From Proteromonas lacertae (lineage: Eukaryota): a stretch of DNA of 64,000 bases. The notes under the pieces are model-generated. The model had not been told where the DNA came from. It saw nothing but the letters and a program-made list of their open reading frames with translations, and did not search any database. Location of the stretch: the NCBI GenBank assembly GCA_002245135.1, contig NGBS01001162.1, positions 1 to 64,000 on the forward strand, read 5' to 3'. Shown here piece by piece: positions 14,588 to 27,301 of this stretch (positions are counted from its first letter, which is position 1; each line of letters opens with the position of its first letter). A program made the position numbers and the translations under genes.

Positions 14588-16334
14588 TTAATGTTCAGAT
14601 CTATTAATAGAATATAAATACAGTTATACTTTGGAGGTAAATCAACTTTAATACCTACATTTGTTTTAATAGATGATTCATTTATATCTCTAGCTGAATT
14701 AGGCTGAGTCATTTCAATATTATTCAACGAACTAATACTAACATCTTCATAAGTCTTTTTATATTCAATATTAACAGGCAAAATATAACTACAAAAGAAA
14801 ATCAAAACATGACTTAGTGATAAAAACATAAATGTAAATCTTCCATTAAATATTCCACCAATCGTATTATTAAAACTCCAAGCCAATAAATTTGAGCCAA
14901 TTAGTGGACCAATAGATCTAGCAACACCAGCCATCGTTTGACCTATTCCATTACCTTTTGATTTCTGTTCAGGTAAGCACGAATTGTTGATTAATACCAT
15001 TGATGTAGTAAAACACATAACACGAAATGTTTGAAGTATTCCAATTGCTGGACATAATACAAACCAAATATACTATTTATTATTATTATTATTGCAATAT
15101 ATGAATATACATTTCTATTTAAATTATTAAAATATGAAATTAATGGGAAAAAATATGTAACTAAACTAACAATAACTGAATTGATCATTATTCCATTTCT
15201 ATATCCAAATTTAGAAACCCAATATGGATAAAAGAATAACAAACCAAGTAATTGAATTGGTGAAGATACAGTGTATAACATACCTATATCACTAGAAGTA
15301 AATTCAAATCCGCCATTTTCTTTTGAATTTAATAAATATAATGGAACAATTTCATCGATTGCTGAGCCATGCACAGCTGCAATACCATATATAAAACAAG
15401 TTATCATAATATCTCTGGTTGTAAATATAGTAATCCATGAATAATTACTTCTATTATAATGATGTTTCTTTGTTCTTTTAGATAATAATAAATTCTTCTT
15501 TTTCTTCTTTTTACCATTATTATCTAATTCATCTTCTTCTTCATTATCGCTATAAATATTGACTTTTGACTCTCTTTCCTTCTTCCTTTTCATTCTTTCT
15601 CTTATTTCTGGTGTTAATGTCTCATCTATTGAGAAATAGGCAATTATATAACCAATTACAGAAAATACAGCACAAATTGAACATACCACTAAATAAGGGA
15701 ATTTCTTTACCAAATTAATCTTATCTGAAATTGGTTTTATATTATTTTTATCGCCTAAAAATCCTCCTAAAGCTGGACCTGCTATTCTTCCTAAAGCATC
15801 CATTGTTCCAATTGTTGTAAAACCTTTTGATTGATGTTCATTTACTAATATCTCTGATAAATATGTCTTTGATACACCTAAATTTCCATTCAATAATCCC
15901 CAAATAAAACGAGCAAATATTGCCCAAATATATGACCAAGAAAAGCCAAATACAATTGTACTTATAAATGTACCTATTATTCCAGATAATAAAGCAAATC
16001 TTCTTCCCATTGAATCAGCAACATAACTCCATAATATACTACCACAAAATTGACCAATGTTGAAAGCTGAACCTAAAGTACCTGCTTTAAATCCTAACTG
16101 CGAATCTGAAAGCTAGAATTATTATATATAATCATTTAATACTTCAGGGAAAAAGTTCTTTATCATAAAAGGTATAAATGGATAAACCATCTGCATACTA
16201 ACATTATTTACGAAGATTGTCAGTGCGACAGTCGCTACTTTAGCATATGGGAATGGAGGTAATATTCTAGGAGATGAAGGTGATGATAACGATGTTGGAG
16301 ATGTAGGTGATGTATCTGTCGAGGATTTTGACAT
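14588..16334 (-). CDS. MFS transporter, ZIFL/tetracycline-efflux-like
   Basis: MFS motif A (YVADSMGRR), ARFIWGLLNGNLGVSKTYLSE, GPALGGFL, ARSIGPLIGS; introns ~16113-16142, ~15073-15110 and ~14601-14629. Confidence 0.9.
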
Positions 16335-16378
16335 ACTATAAATTCTAAAAATATTATCGTTTTTCTAATTTTTTCAAA

Positions 16379-17419
16379 ATGGAGTTAAAGACACATCGAA
16401 CGGTTTTACAAAATTATATAGTATTGTAACTGATTAAATTACACTATAAATAGCTATTTAAACCTGAAGATTTACCTTTAGGTTGGTCTATACCAAATAT
16501 AGAAAATGTTAAGTATTATGAAATAAATATAACAGATACTCAGATAAATACCTTAAAATATTTCCCTAAAAGAACTGAAGATCCATCAGATTATGTTTTT
16601 ATTAAATCGAACATTCTTACTATGAAGAAAGAAGTGAATAACTTTTATAAAAATTGGAACAGTAACCAAAAGGACGATCAACATAATCAAATATTCCCAA
16701 TTCCATTTGCTATTGAAAATGAAGATGAAGAAGAAAAAAACAACAATACTGTATTGTTTAGTAATCTTGATCAGAAAGATCCAGATAATGAATTTATGCA
16801 AAATGGGTTTTATTGTTTAAAAATGGTTTTATCAAATAATAGAATAAATAGTTTAGATTATATAAACACATTTTGTGATTTAAGATCAATTGATTTATCT
16901 GATAATTATATTAAAGATATTTATCAAATCATAGAATGTCCTTTTTTAGAAGTTATCAATATGAATAATAATCGAATAGAAGATATATCATGTTTAAAGG
17001 AGTTAGTATATTTAAATGAAATTCACTTTAAACACAATGAAATTAAAAAATATGAATGTGAGAATTATGAATTGGAAATTATTGATTTATCATATAATTC
17101 AATAAATGAAATAGATATTATGAGTAAAACATTAAAAGTGTTAGATTTATCATACAATCCTTTACTACAACATAGTAATTGTTTGAAGAGTGTAATGAAT
17201 TGTGTAAAAATAAAAGAATTGCATCTGAATGGTATAAATGTGTATATTATAAAAGAAAATGAAAGAGGTATTACTGATAATGATATTATTCTAGTTGAAA
17301 TAATTAATGAAATGTTATGTAAATTAAAAGGATTGATTAGTTTCGAAATAGATGCAGATAAAAATCTATTTACATTTCCCAAACATATGAAATATTTAAA
17401 TGGGTTTAGTATTGTTTAA
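16379..17419 (+). CDS. Leucine-rich repeat protein (SDS22-like LRRs)
   Basis: LxxLDLSxNxI repeats; ATG 16379 joins ORF 16622 through a 33 nt intron (~16420-16452). Confidence 0.8.
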
Positions 17420-17506
17420 TTTATTTGTAGTGTGTTTTATTTTTTCATTCAAAACAACATAATATAAAATATTGGATTAAGTATATGGAAATATGAGATT
17501 ATATCT

Positions 17507-20500
17507 TTACTTTGCTGCTGCTTTGGGAGTAGTAGCTTTAGGTGGTGCAGCTTTAGTAGCTGGTGTTGCTGCTTTTGGTGTAGCAGGTTTTGCTGCTGCT
17601 GTTGTCGTTGTTGTTGCTGCTGCTGCTGTTGGCGTAGTTGCTGGCTTAGCAACTGCTGGTTTTGCATCATCTTTCTTTTCTTCTTCTTTACTCTTATCTT
17701 TAGATTCAGTTGATGTAGTTTTACTCTTTTCTGATTCTTCAACTTCTGGTTTTGTAGAACTTGTTTTACTAATTGAAGAGTTATCTTCACTTTCATTGTT
17801 ATTCTCTCTCTTGGAAGTACTTGCAGAGATATTACTTCTTTTAACAGCATCTCTTTCACTATCCAATTTCTCAGAAACATTATTAACTTCAGATGAGAAC
17901 AAGGTAGAATCATTAAACGAATTCTTAGTATCTTTCTGTTGTAAATCAACACCAATATGAGATTGATGAATATCACTTGGACGATTCTTATCATCTCTTT
18001 TACTGTAAGATGAACCAGTTCGAGTTGTTCTTGTTTGAAGACTGTTATTATAAAATGCAACATGCTGTTTCAATGCTGCTGGATCAGTTTCCTGTATAAC
18101 AATTGATACTATAATATCCTCTAATACAGTTTCTAATGTCTTTATTGCATGTCTTCTGAATCCTCTCATTATATCTTCAGTTTCATGAATTAACCAATAA
18201 TAGTCAGAGTTTAAGAATTCTTCATATAAGTTTTTGGAGATAAAATGATTAACAATTGCAGTTTGTAATTCATTGAAGGCATTGCTATTACCTTTACCCA
18301 TTTCAGTGTTAATTTTAGAAGTCATATTGCTATCCAATATTTCCAATTCCTTAGCTGAACCACTTAAATAAGTTGCAAATATAGCTTTTTCATCTTCTCT
18401 TAACTGTGCTGCATCAGAGATATTCTTATGTTTCTCAATATCTAAATATAAATCAATATATTGAGAATAATTCTCTTTTGATGATAAAAACACAGCAAAT
18501 ATATGACTCTGTAGTTTATTATCTAATAATTCTCTCATTTTATTCTTCACATATTTTGGTTTTAATAATATTTGAGATATTTTTCTATCTTCCATTAATT
18601 TATGTGGTCTCATAAATGGAAGCATATATAACCATGATATAATCCAAGAATAAACCCAAACCATAATGTAATATATCTGTTCACCCTTTCCTACAGCTTG
18701 AAACACTATTTCAAATACGCAAAAGAAGAAAGTAACACCTAAGAAATAATATTGCAAGCCGCGGAAGAAGAATGAAGCACTATTTCTTAATAAATAAGCT
18801 AGACATCCAACCAGTAGAATACCAACAGCTAATTCAACTTTAAATACATACATTTCATCATGATCTTCACATACAGTATCATAATATGGTCTAATTCCTC
18901 TTGTTAAATCAATTGTAGTAACAGCTTCCGTAGTATGAGTTGTACAGCCAATTAAAGCTACAAAGAACATACAGATTGTATATGTCAATATTTCTACTCT
19001 ATAGAATGATTTTGATGGCTCTTGTCTTTTCATTCTTACTATTTCTTCAGTAGTTGATAATACCAATAACAAAAATGCGAAATACACAACAAAATATTCA
19101 AAGTAATTTCTAGCTGTACAAAGACTGGTAGTATGTGATCCAGTTTGTACAATGCCATATATCGACAACATTATACTCAATAACGGATATAACATAGTGA
19201 CATATGGAGCACAAACAGTATCCCAGTATTTATTCTTTCTAATTAAATTGAATATAAACACAAATTCTACAATAATTTGAATAATGCCAAATAATACAAA
19301 TATTACACCAATAGCACTATCAGAAGCAATATAATTATCATTAATTTCTCTAACATAATTCCATGAAACTGGATATATAGCTCCACAGGTACAACCACTA
19401 TAACTACTATCAGCTTTACAGGTTAATTTACTTTCGTCTGGATAATATACACCTTTATTACATACAGGTATACTTGATGGTGCAACTATATTACTAGTGA
19501 CATTATTATACTTAGGATTCAATTGAACTTGTACTGCCATTCCTTGCTTGGCTTTATTGTTATATCCTTCGAAACTGACAGGTCCAAAGAATGTGTTCCA
19601 TGGTCTGCATGTACAACTATCAGTACAAAGGTTTAATCCATCACTTCCTGATGTTTCTTCTGTACAAGTCGCCAATGAATCTTTTGCTTCAATCATATTC
19701 TGAGCAAATGTTTTCTCATCCACTTTATCTATTAGTGAATTTAATTTTGCTTCTAAGACACGTTGTAATGTCATACCAGTAATAATACCTTCAGCAAAAT
19801 AACGATAGTTACCATTTAACTCTGTTATACCTTGTGGATATTTCATTGGATCAGTATATTTAGAGAAGTGATTATCAATATAATCACCAACTTCCTGTGA
19901 AGTTCCCATATATCTACCTTTTACACCATAACCCATATTGGGAATGAAAGTAGCCATAAAATGCCAATTGCTTGGATCCTGTCCACTATTTAATGGTTCT
20001 ATAATAATTAATAATAATATAATATAATAAATATATATATATATATATATATATACTGCTAACAACATCATCATATTGAATTCCAAATGCAGCTTTTGGT
20101 GTAAATTCTTCCATTTGCATAATCTTCATAAAATTAGTACTATAAGCATCACTTGCAAGTATTACAACATCTGGATTTAATGCTTTGATATATTTAATCC
20201 ATTTAGCAGCAGATTCATAATTCACATTTTCATTTTCACTACTTAAATCTACTTTAGGATATAAACATTCATCTTCATCACAATCTGACTTTGAATCACA
20301 TACACCAGATTGATCTTTTGAAGGAGGATTTAAATCACTTACATACTTAGTGCATCTCTTTAATAATACATTTTGATCACTTAAAGCTTCTAATAGTAAT
20401 CTACCAGCATCTTGAATCTTGGAGGATGTTCTTGTATCTCCTAATATAACTATACTATTAGCATGATATCTCTTTTGTATAGCTTCTTTTATACCAAAAT

Positions 20501-21177
20501 ATAAGCCTGTTTTATAATCAGGAAATGGTGTTATTGTGTAATAAGTTGTTGAAGTTGATGCACTGGTGGATGGTGTAAAATCACCTGAATTGGCAGCTAT
20601 AATTGGTATTGTTCCTTTACTATTTACACCTGTTGTTGATTTGGAGCTGTCTGCATCTATAACTGTCTGTATTTCCTCATTTCCTAATGGTGTAACTATG
20701 AATCTAGCTCTATCTTTACTAGGAGTAGCTAACAGATCAGCCACCCAGGTTTTTAAATTTGCTATAACTGTATTTGTATCTGTACCACCTTGTATATCTA
20801 CTACTTCCAAACAGATAGGTTTACTAAACCCAGCTTGGCAATTGCCACTATTTGACACATGCTGACCGTCAATGCATATGTTTTTGAAATAATCTCTCCA
20901 CATCTGCATGCCTGCTTTTCTTGCAGTATCTATTTTTTCATAAATAATAATCAAATATAAGTAATACCTTGACCACCATAATATCCTAAAGTATTAACAG
21001 CCATAGCTATATTTATTGAATCATTACCACATGTTTGTACATCACCGTCGTCTAATATGGTATAAGCAGCATTACTATTTAAACACACAGCGCAATTCTA
21101 TTTATTTATAATGAACATACAAAATATACTATAATATATAAACAAAAAGTTATTATTATAGGTGTTTTATATTTCAT
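17507..21177 (-). CDS. Class C GPCR-like receptor: signal peptide, periplasmic-binding-protein (Venus flytrap) ectodomain, 7TM, RGS domain, Ser/Lys and Ala/Thr/Pro/Lys-rich tail
   Basis: Three introns (~21098-21129, ~20930-20967, 19999-20056). INIAMAVNTLG...AGMQMW and LNPDVVIL are type I PBP motifs. Seven hydrophobic helices ~18615-19320 with CTARNYF, an ECL2 Cys and LAYLLRN. RGS box FAVFLSSKENYSQYIDLYLDIE...IFATYL...LYEEFLNSDYY at ~18198-18530. Confidence 0.8.
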
Positions 21178-21289
21178 AATTTATAACGATAGAATCAAGC
21201 AATATTTGAGATACTTTTTGTATGAAAAAATCGTTAAAAATTTTCGCTCACCATTTTCATCTCATTTTAAAAATAGAATTTCTGTTTGA

Positions 21290-24200
21290 ATGGATGACAA
21301 TACGAATTATTTATTAGAACATTCTACATTAAAAGATTATATATGTGTTCCATATACAGGTGATAATACTACCACTTCGATAATCGTTACTTGTAAGATC
21401 TTGTCTCGAAACGTCCATTCTGAAGGGTATTTACAATTGTTTATTTTTCTAGATTTTGTCTTCAACCACTTTATAACTTCCCTGATAGTAACATTTGCGA
21501 AGAAGATAGTATTTTAAAAGCACAAGTTGAAAAATTATGGACAATGTTGACTGATCAAAACCAAACATATCCAATTGTCTCACATTTTGTGTATTTATAA
21601 CAATTTATATAAAAATTCTAGATCAACAATTGAAAGCGAATGGGAATTTGCATTTCCTGAAAGAGTACGTTCATTATTAAAAACAAAAGATGGTAATTAC
21701 AGAACAATACATTTCATTTTACTAGATGTTTATCCAGATGTATATTGTTTATTTACTTATATTTCAACAGAACTTATCTTCATCTCGTGCTAAATATTTA
21801 AGAGAAGGTATACATAGTGATACTTGCTCCTTGTTGTTAACAATTGCAGAAGCTGTAGATCATCTCTCTGAGATTGGTTATATTCATACATCATTATATC
21901 CAGACAATATATTAGTGAGTCATCATGGTAATCCCAAGATATTAGGTTTGGATGGTGTATATCCTTCCAATGCAGTCAAGCCAAGCTTAATATTATCAAA
22001 TCCATTAAGTACAATATCTCCAGAATTAAATCAATATTTAAAAGAGCACGAATCTGAAGAAACTATCACAATTACTCAAGATTTAGTGGAAAAGCAGAAT
22101 ATCTATGTTATTGGCAAGGTGATCTATGAATTTATAACAGGTAATTCATTAACTGGTTTTGGCTTAACCAATGAAGAATATAATAGATTATTGAAATCGT
22201 CATTGTCATTGTGTTTTATTGGATTAGTATGTAGAATGGTTCACTCAAACCCTAAGTTCAGACCAAATAGAGTAGAATGTATGGACGCATTTCAAAGGTT
22301 AATTGTATATATATATATATATATATTATTATTATTATTATTATTATTAATATAGGATTATCGTGAATATTGTGATGTAGAAGCTCAAGTCAATTATAAT
22401 GATAAAGAGATTGATAATAACATAATTATACAAAGAGCTTTAAGAAAAGGATTAATTGATATTTTATATAATAAATGTAAGAATAGAAAAGTATGTGATA
22501 ATTACTGTATTTCTGTTATTGAATTCTATAATAAAATATGTTTATCCAATCGTATTTATATATATTTGTTATTATTTATTAAAATAGATGCAAAATCATG
22601 GTTATTACCTTACAATCTAGATAGTATAATAATAGATTTAGCTTCTGAATATATTTACAATAAACAGTTTCTGATATTATGCTGTGATTCATTGTTAAAG
22701 TTGACTGACGCGAGAGGAATCAATAATATTTTAATATCACACGATTTACCTCAATTGATCAGTGATGCATTATCTTTACATATTCAGTTGAAATCTAAAG
22801 AGATAATCAAACCATTATTATCTTTATTAAATAACTTATTAGCACATACTTCCAGTATGGGTAGAATTCATGTTAATATTTGTATTGATTATAATATTCA
22901 TTTATTATTGATTAAATTATTTGATTTGTTCCCAATGAGTAAAGCTGAAGCTATTAACATTGTTGTTACTACATCTGATACAAAATCACCAACCACAAAT
23001 ACAACTTCAACACCAGCAAGTGATGGAGAGAATAAAATAGGAACAGGAACTACCGATAATAATAATAATAATAACAGTATTCCATCACCTACACCAAACC
23101 CACCAACTAATGAAGAAGTAAAGACAGAAAACAATGTTAGCAAAGATAAAAACACCAATAAAGAAGCTGATGAACAAAGAACTTCTGTCTATAATACAAA
23201 TAACAACAAACAAAGTAGTAGTAATAGTGGTGGTGGTATAGAGAATTCTGATATTTTATTATATGTTTCATTATGTTTAAGTCCATTAATTCAAGGTGTT
23301 CCTGAAGATCAATTACCTGATGTTTTACCTCATATTACTAATGTAATTCAATACTTTTTAAATACACAGAAAGATAATAAAGATATAATGTGTGAAGTGG
23401 CTAAAATGGTGTTACTATTAACATCCAAATCAGAACCAGCAAAGATTGCTCTAAGAGATTCAAATTTGTTTCATAATCTATTAGGTTTATGTATTCAATA
23501 TTTAGATTGTGAAAGATATATTTATTTATTTATGGAATTCTGGCAAAATATTTCTACAGTGATTAAAACAATGAATGGTGAAGAAATGAAGGTATTAATT
23601 GAAATAATGAGAAGATATCGTAAGATATTATTAGTTATGGATCCTATGAGCGTAATTATTAAGAATATTCCATTAGAAGTTATTTATCCTTATCTATTAA
23701 CATCACATATAATTAATTATATTATATCATCATTACAATATATACATCATCGTGAATTTATGGTTTCAATGATATTGACAATGAAATACTTAATGAATGA
23801 TACAAGTATATTTTATTGTTTTATTTTATGTATAGAAGTTGTGGAGTTGTTTGTAGAAGCAAAAGTCAATTTATTATTACTCAAAATAATGGCTAAGTTT
23901 GGTAGTACACGAATAACCAACGCAACATTCCAATTATTCGAAGGTCAATTCAAATACAATGCATTTATGACTTCATTCTTAGAATGTAGATTATGGGAAA
24001 ATATATTTATATCGTTAGTATCATTTGATTCATGTAAAAGGATTATTGCACCGCTCACCAATGTAATGAATGATTTCTATAATAATTCATGTATATATAC
24101 ATATATATTTAATTATTATTATGTATAGCTCCAAATACTGTATTTGATGATAAGTATTATGATCGATGTATAATATTCTTATTAAGAGAAAGTTCATCTG

Positions 24201-25141
24201 ATGTGAATTCTATTCCAATATTATTAAACTTAATTAACAAATTAATCGAAGGAATTCAGAATCCTACATTGTTAATAGATGAATATTTATATGATGTATT
24301 ATTTAAATGTATTGACAAACAAACTAATAATCCAGAATTGGTGTTGAAATTATTACAAACCTATCAAGCTTTTGTGGATAAAAGTTCATTTTTACCCAAG
24401 GATTGGCCTGCAAGTGCTGCTACTGTATTATTCCGTATATTACAATTATATTATGAGAATGATTCATTGAAATATATAGCAATGAATTTATTATCAAAAT
24501 TGAATTCACAACGTATATATTTTTTAAATTTATTTTGTATTTATATAGAATTTGCTGATTATTTAGTAGATGATAGTGCATATTTCTATTTATTGAAGAA
24601 GTTAAATATCAATCAACCATCAGATGATGCTATTAGTAACGATACTGAGAAAGAATTTATATATAACCACTTTAAGATTATTAGTAATATTGCAATATGT
24701 ATGTAAACTGTTATTTTTATTGTATTATGAATAGATTTTTCAGATTTATTGTATCATTTGGATATAGTCAACAATATGTTTTTAGCTATAAAGAAATTCA
24801 ATCATGAACCAAAGATATTATCAGAAATATACCATATATTTACCATCTTACTAGGAAAGACAAGTGAAGTAGAATCAAGTCAATTATTCGGAGAAACCTT
24901 GCAGGAATTTATTGAGACACTTACATCAACAACTGAAAAAGTAGTAGATCCAAGTAATCCGCTTTTAGCTGAATTGAAGAAGTTGTTTGACATTTTATTG
25001 AAGGATAAAACATTTAGTGATTATACTGAGAAGTTAGAAAGTTTAAACAAGAAATATCTTGGAGCTACTACTCCAAAAGACAATGATACTTCAGAAAGCA
25101 AAACTGCTAAAGCAAATGCAGAACCAGTCGAAGTGAAGTGA
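21290..25141 (+). CDS. Pseudokinase domain followed by ARM/HEAT-like helical repeats
   Basis: Kinase-fold motifs IHTSLYPDNILV, KILGLDG, SPE, IYVIG, PKFRP, then long Leu/Ile-rich helical ORFs 22566, 24203 and 24749 separated by short GT-AG introns. The full exon chain was not individually verified. Confidence 0.7.
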
Positions 25142-25528
25142 TGTAAATAGAAATAGAAAGTTTTTTATATTATTATATATTATTAACAATTGTTTTAGAA
25201 TATTGTTTTGTTTTTTATTTGATTGATAAAAATGAAATTTAAAATCTATGGTGAACGAAAATGTTTTGAAACCCCCAATTCATTCAAAAATTCAGTTTTT
25301 ATATTTCTCAATCATTCTTCAAATTTTTCTATTTCAAAGAGTTTAAAATAGAATAGCAACTCAGCATGAATGAAAATTATAAAAAGGTTATTAAAATCGT
25401 AGAAATTTTGTTATAAGAAAAATGGTGGATGATTGTTTTTAGAAATAAAAGCAAATAAAATAGCTTATTTACTAATTTTTATACTGTAATCGTTATAACT
25501 TCCATTAAAGCAAAATTGACATTTTTAG

Positions 25529-26488
25529 CTAACAATCATATTGTTTCTGCAATAAATACAACCTTTTACGTTTCAATGAGCAATATCCACATCCACTTTT
25601 ACCAGATTTAAATCTGAATTTGGATTTCATTTTTTTACATCTAGAGCACATTCTCCCATCTTTTATTGTAGAGGAATCTTCCCAATCTCTTAAACATCTC
25701 CAATCTTTGATATTTAATGAACAATCCAAACATATTTTCTTGTCAGAATATAAATCATCAAAACATGTAAAAAAGAGAAAACATTCTTGTATGTTGACCT
25801 TTGCATCGCATAAACAACAACGTACAAATTGATTTATAATAGTTTTCGATGATATATCATCTTCATCATCTTTTGAAAACTCACTTTCATCATTATTATC
25901 GATTTTTGTACGTAATCTCAGCCATCTCTTTTTTAAAAGACAATAATCACAATATTTGTTCTTATTTGTGAATCTATAGTAAGACTTTACTTTGTGACAT
26001 CTGCTGCAAATATTAGTTTTAACAGAATTTGGTTCATTCTCCCAATCTTTCAACTTTCTACATTCCCAAATATTCACTGAACATTTTAGACATACAAAAC
26101 TCTCAGAATCATGATTTCTTACCACAAACATAGTTTTTAACATAACCTTTTTATGACAAAAACAACATTTCTTTAGAGTTTTACTTAGGTCGCTATCATT
26201 TGTCTTATTTGGTCTTTCTTTCTTAGATTCTGAAACCTGTATATCAGTAGTAATATTATCTTCTATATAACATATTTTTTCAATATCAATGCTTGTATCG
26301 CTGTAATCATCTATATTAGTGTAAAAGAAACTATCTTGCTCACAAAAAGGATTGCTGCCATCAGAATATGATAAATAATCACCATAATCTGGATTGGTTG
26401 TTAGAGGTGGCAATTGAAGGTCTTCTAGTTCATTATCCCTCATTTTCTGTTCATGAGGATTTAAACCCATTAGTCCAATATTTTGCAT
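25529..26488 (-). CDS. Intronless protein with two tandem 8-Cys (4 x CxxC) zinc-finger-like units
   Basis: Both units read CxxC..CLxCS..DWE..CSRCxKxK...F...CxYCxLKxxR; acidic N-terminus. Confidence 0.8.
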   Translation of the reverse strand: MQNIGLMGLNPHEQKMRDNELEDLQLPPLTTNPDYGDYLSYSDGSNPFCEQDSFFYTNIDDYSDTSIDIEKICYIEDNITTDIQVSESKKERPNKTNDSDLSKTLKKCCFCHKKVMLKTMFVVRNHDSESFVCLKCSVNIWECRKLKDWENEPNSVKTNICSRCHKVKSYYRFTNKNKYCDYCLLKKRWLRLRTKIDNNDESEFSKDDEDDISSKTIINQFVRCCLCDAKVNIQECFLFFTCFDDLYSDKKICLDCSLNIKDWRCLRDWEDSSTIKDGRMCSRCKKMKSKFRFKSGKSGCGYCSLKRKRLYLLQKQYDC

Positions 26489-27301
26489 GTTATTTATATG
26501 ATGTTACAATTTTTATATAAAAATACAACTATTCAAATTGATAAATAAATGGTATGATTCCTGCTTATATAATTTTATATTATATGTGAAATTTATAATA
26601 AATATAACGATTATCAATTCTTTGAAACTAGGATTTTATATTTTTTGAATATACTACAGATTATTGGCTGATTGTGATTTTTGAAATTCTTGTTGCATTA
26701 GCGCCATTTTAAATATACCTCCCAAATGTAAAATATGGCGCAAAGTGATGATCATATTAATAAATCAAATAGTTTTTGTTTTATATTTATAATAACAACT
26801 AGCAAGAATTGAGTAAAATTAATCAAAATTAAAAGTGTACAAAAATGTATCAATATAAAATTATATTATGTAATGGATGATTATATGCTAATATGACTAT
26901 TGTTATCTTATATCGAAAATAATCAAAATATATTAATTACGAATTATATTCCATTTTTCAATATAATATCTTTTCTACCTAATACAGCTCAACTAATAGC
27001 ATAAGAAAAGACTATCATTGAAAAAGCTACTTTTGGCTAATGAAAAAACATAATAGTGAATTCAATACCTATAAATCTTAATAAATAGATACTATGGAAA
27101 TATGCAACATATTAACCACAAAATATACATTGTTGAAATTTAGTAAGTTGTAAGCAACCCATTCACTTCATAAAAAATAATGCACTATTTATTTGAAAAA
27201 GTATAGCATTTTCAATGATAGAATACTACTATTGTACATTCTCTGACAATGTAATTCATTTGTAAATATTACATGTAATTTTTTCACACACCCAAAAATA
27301 T

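Noticed and set aside
17449..18063. ORFs 17493-17960 (+, Ala/Val/Gly-rich, looks like a membrane protein) and 17449-18063 (-, poly-Gln)
   Set aside because: Antisense and alternate-frame shadows of the low-complexity (GCA/ACA/CCA) tail of the receptor gene.
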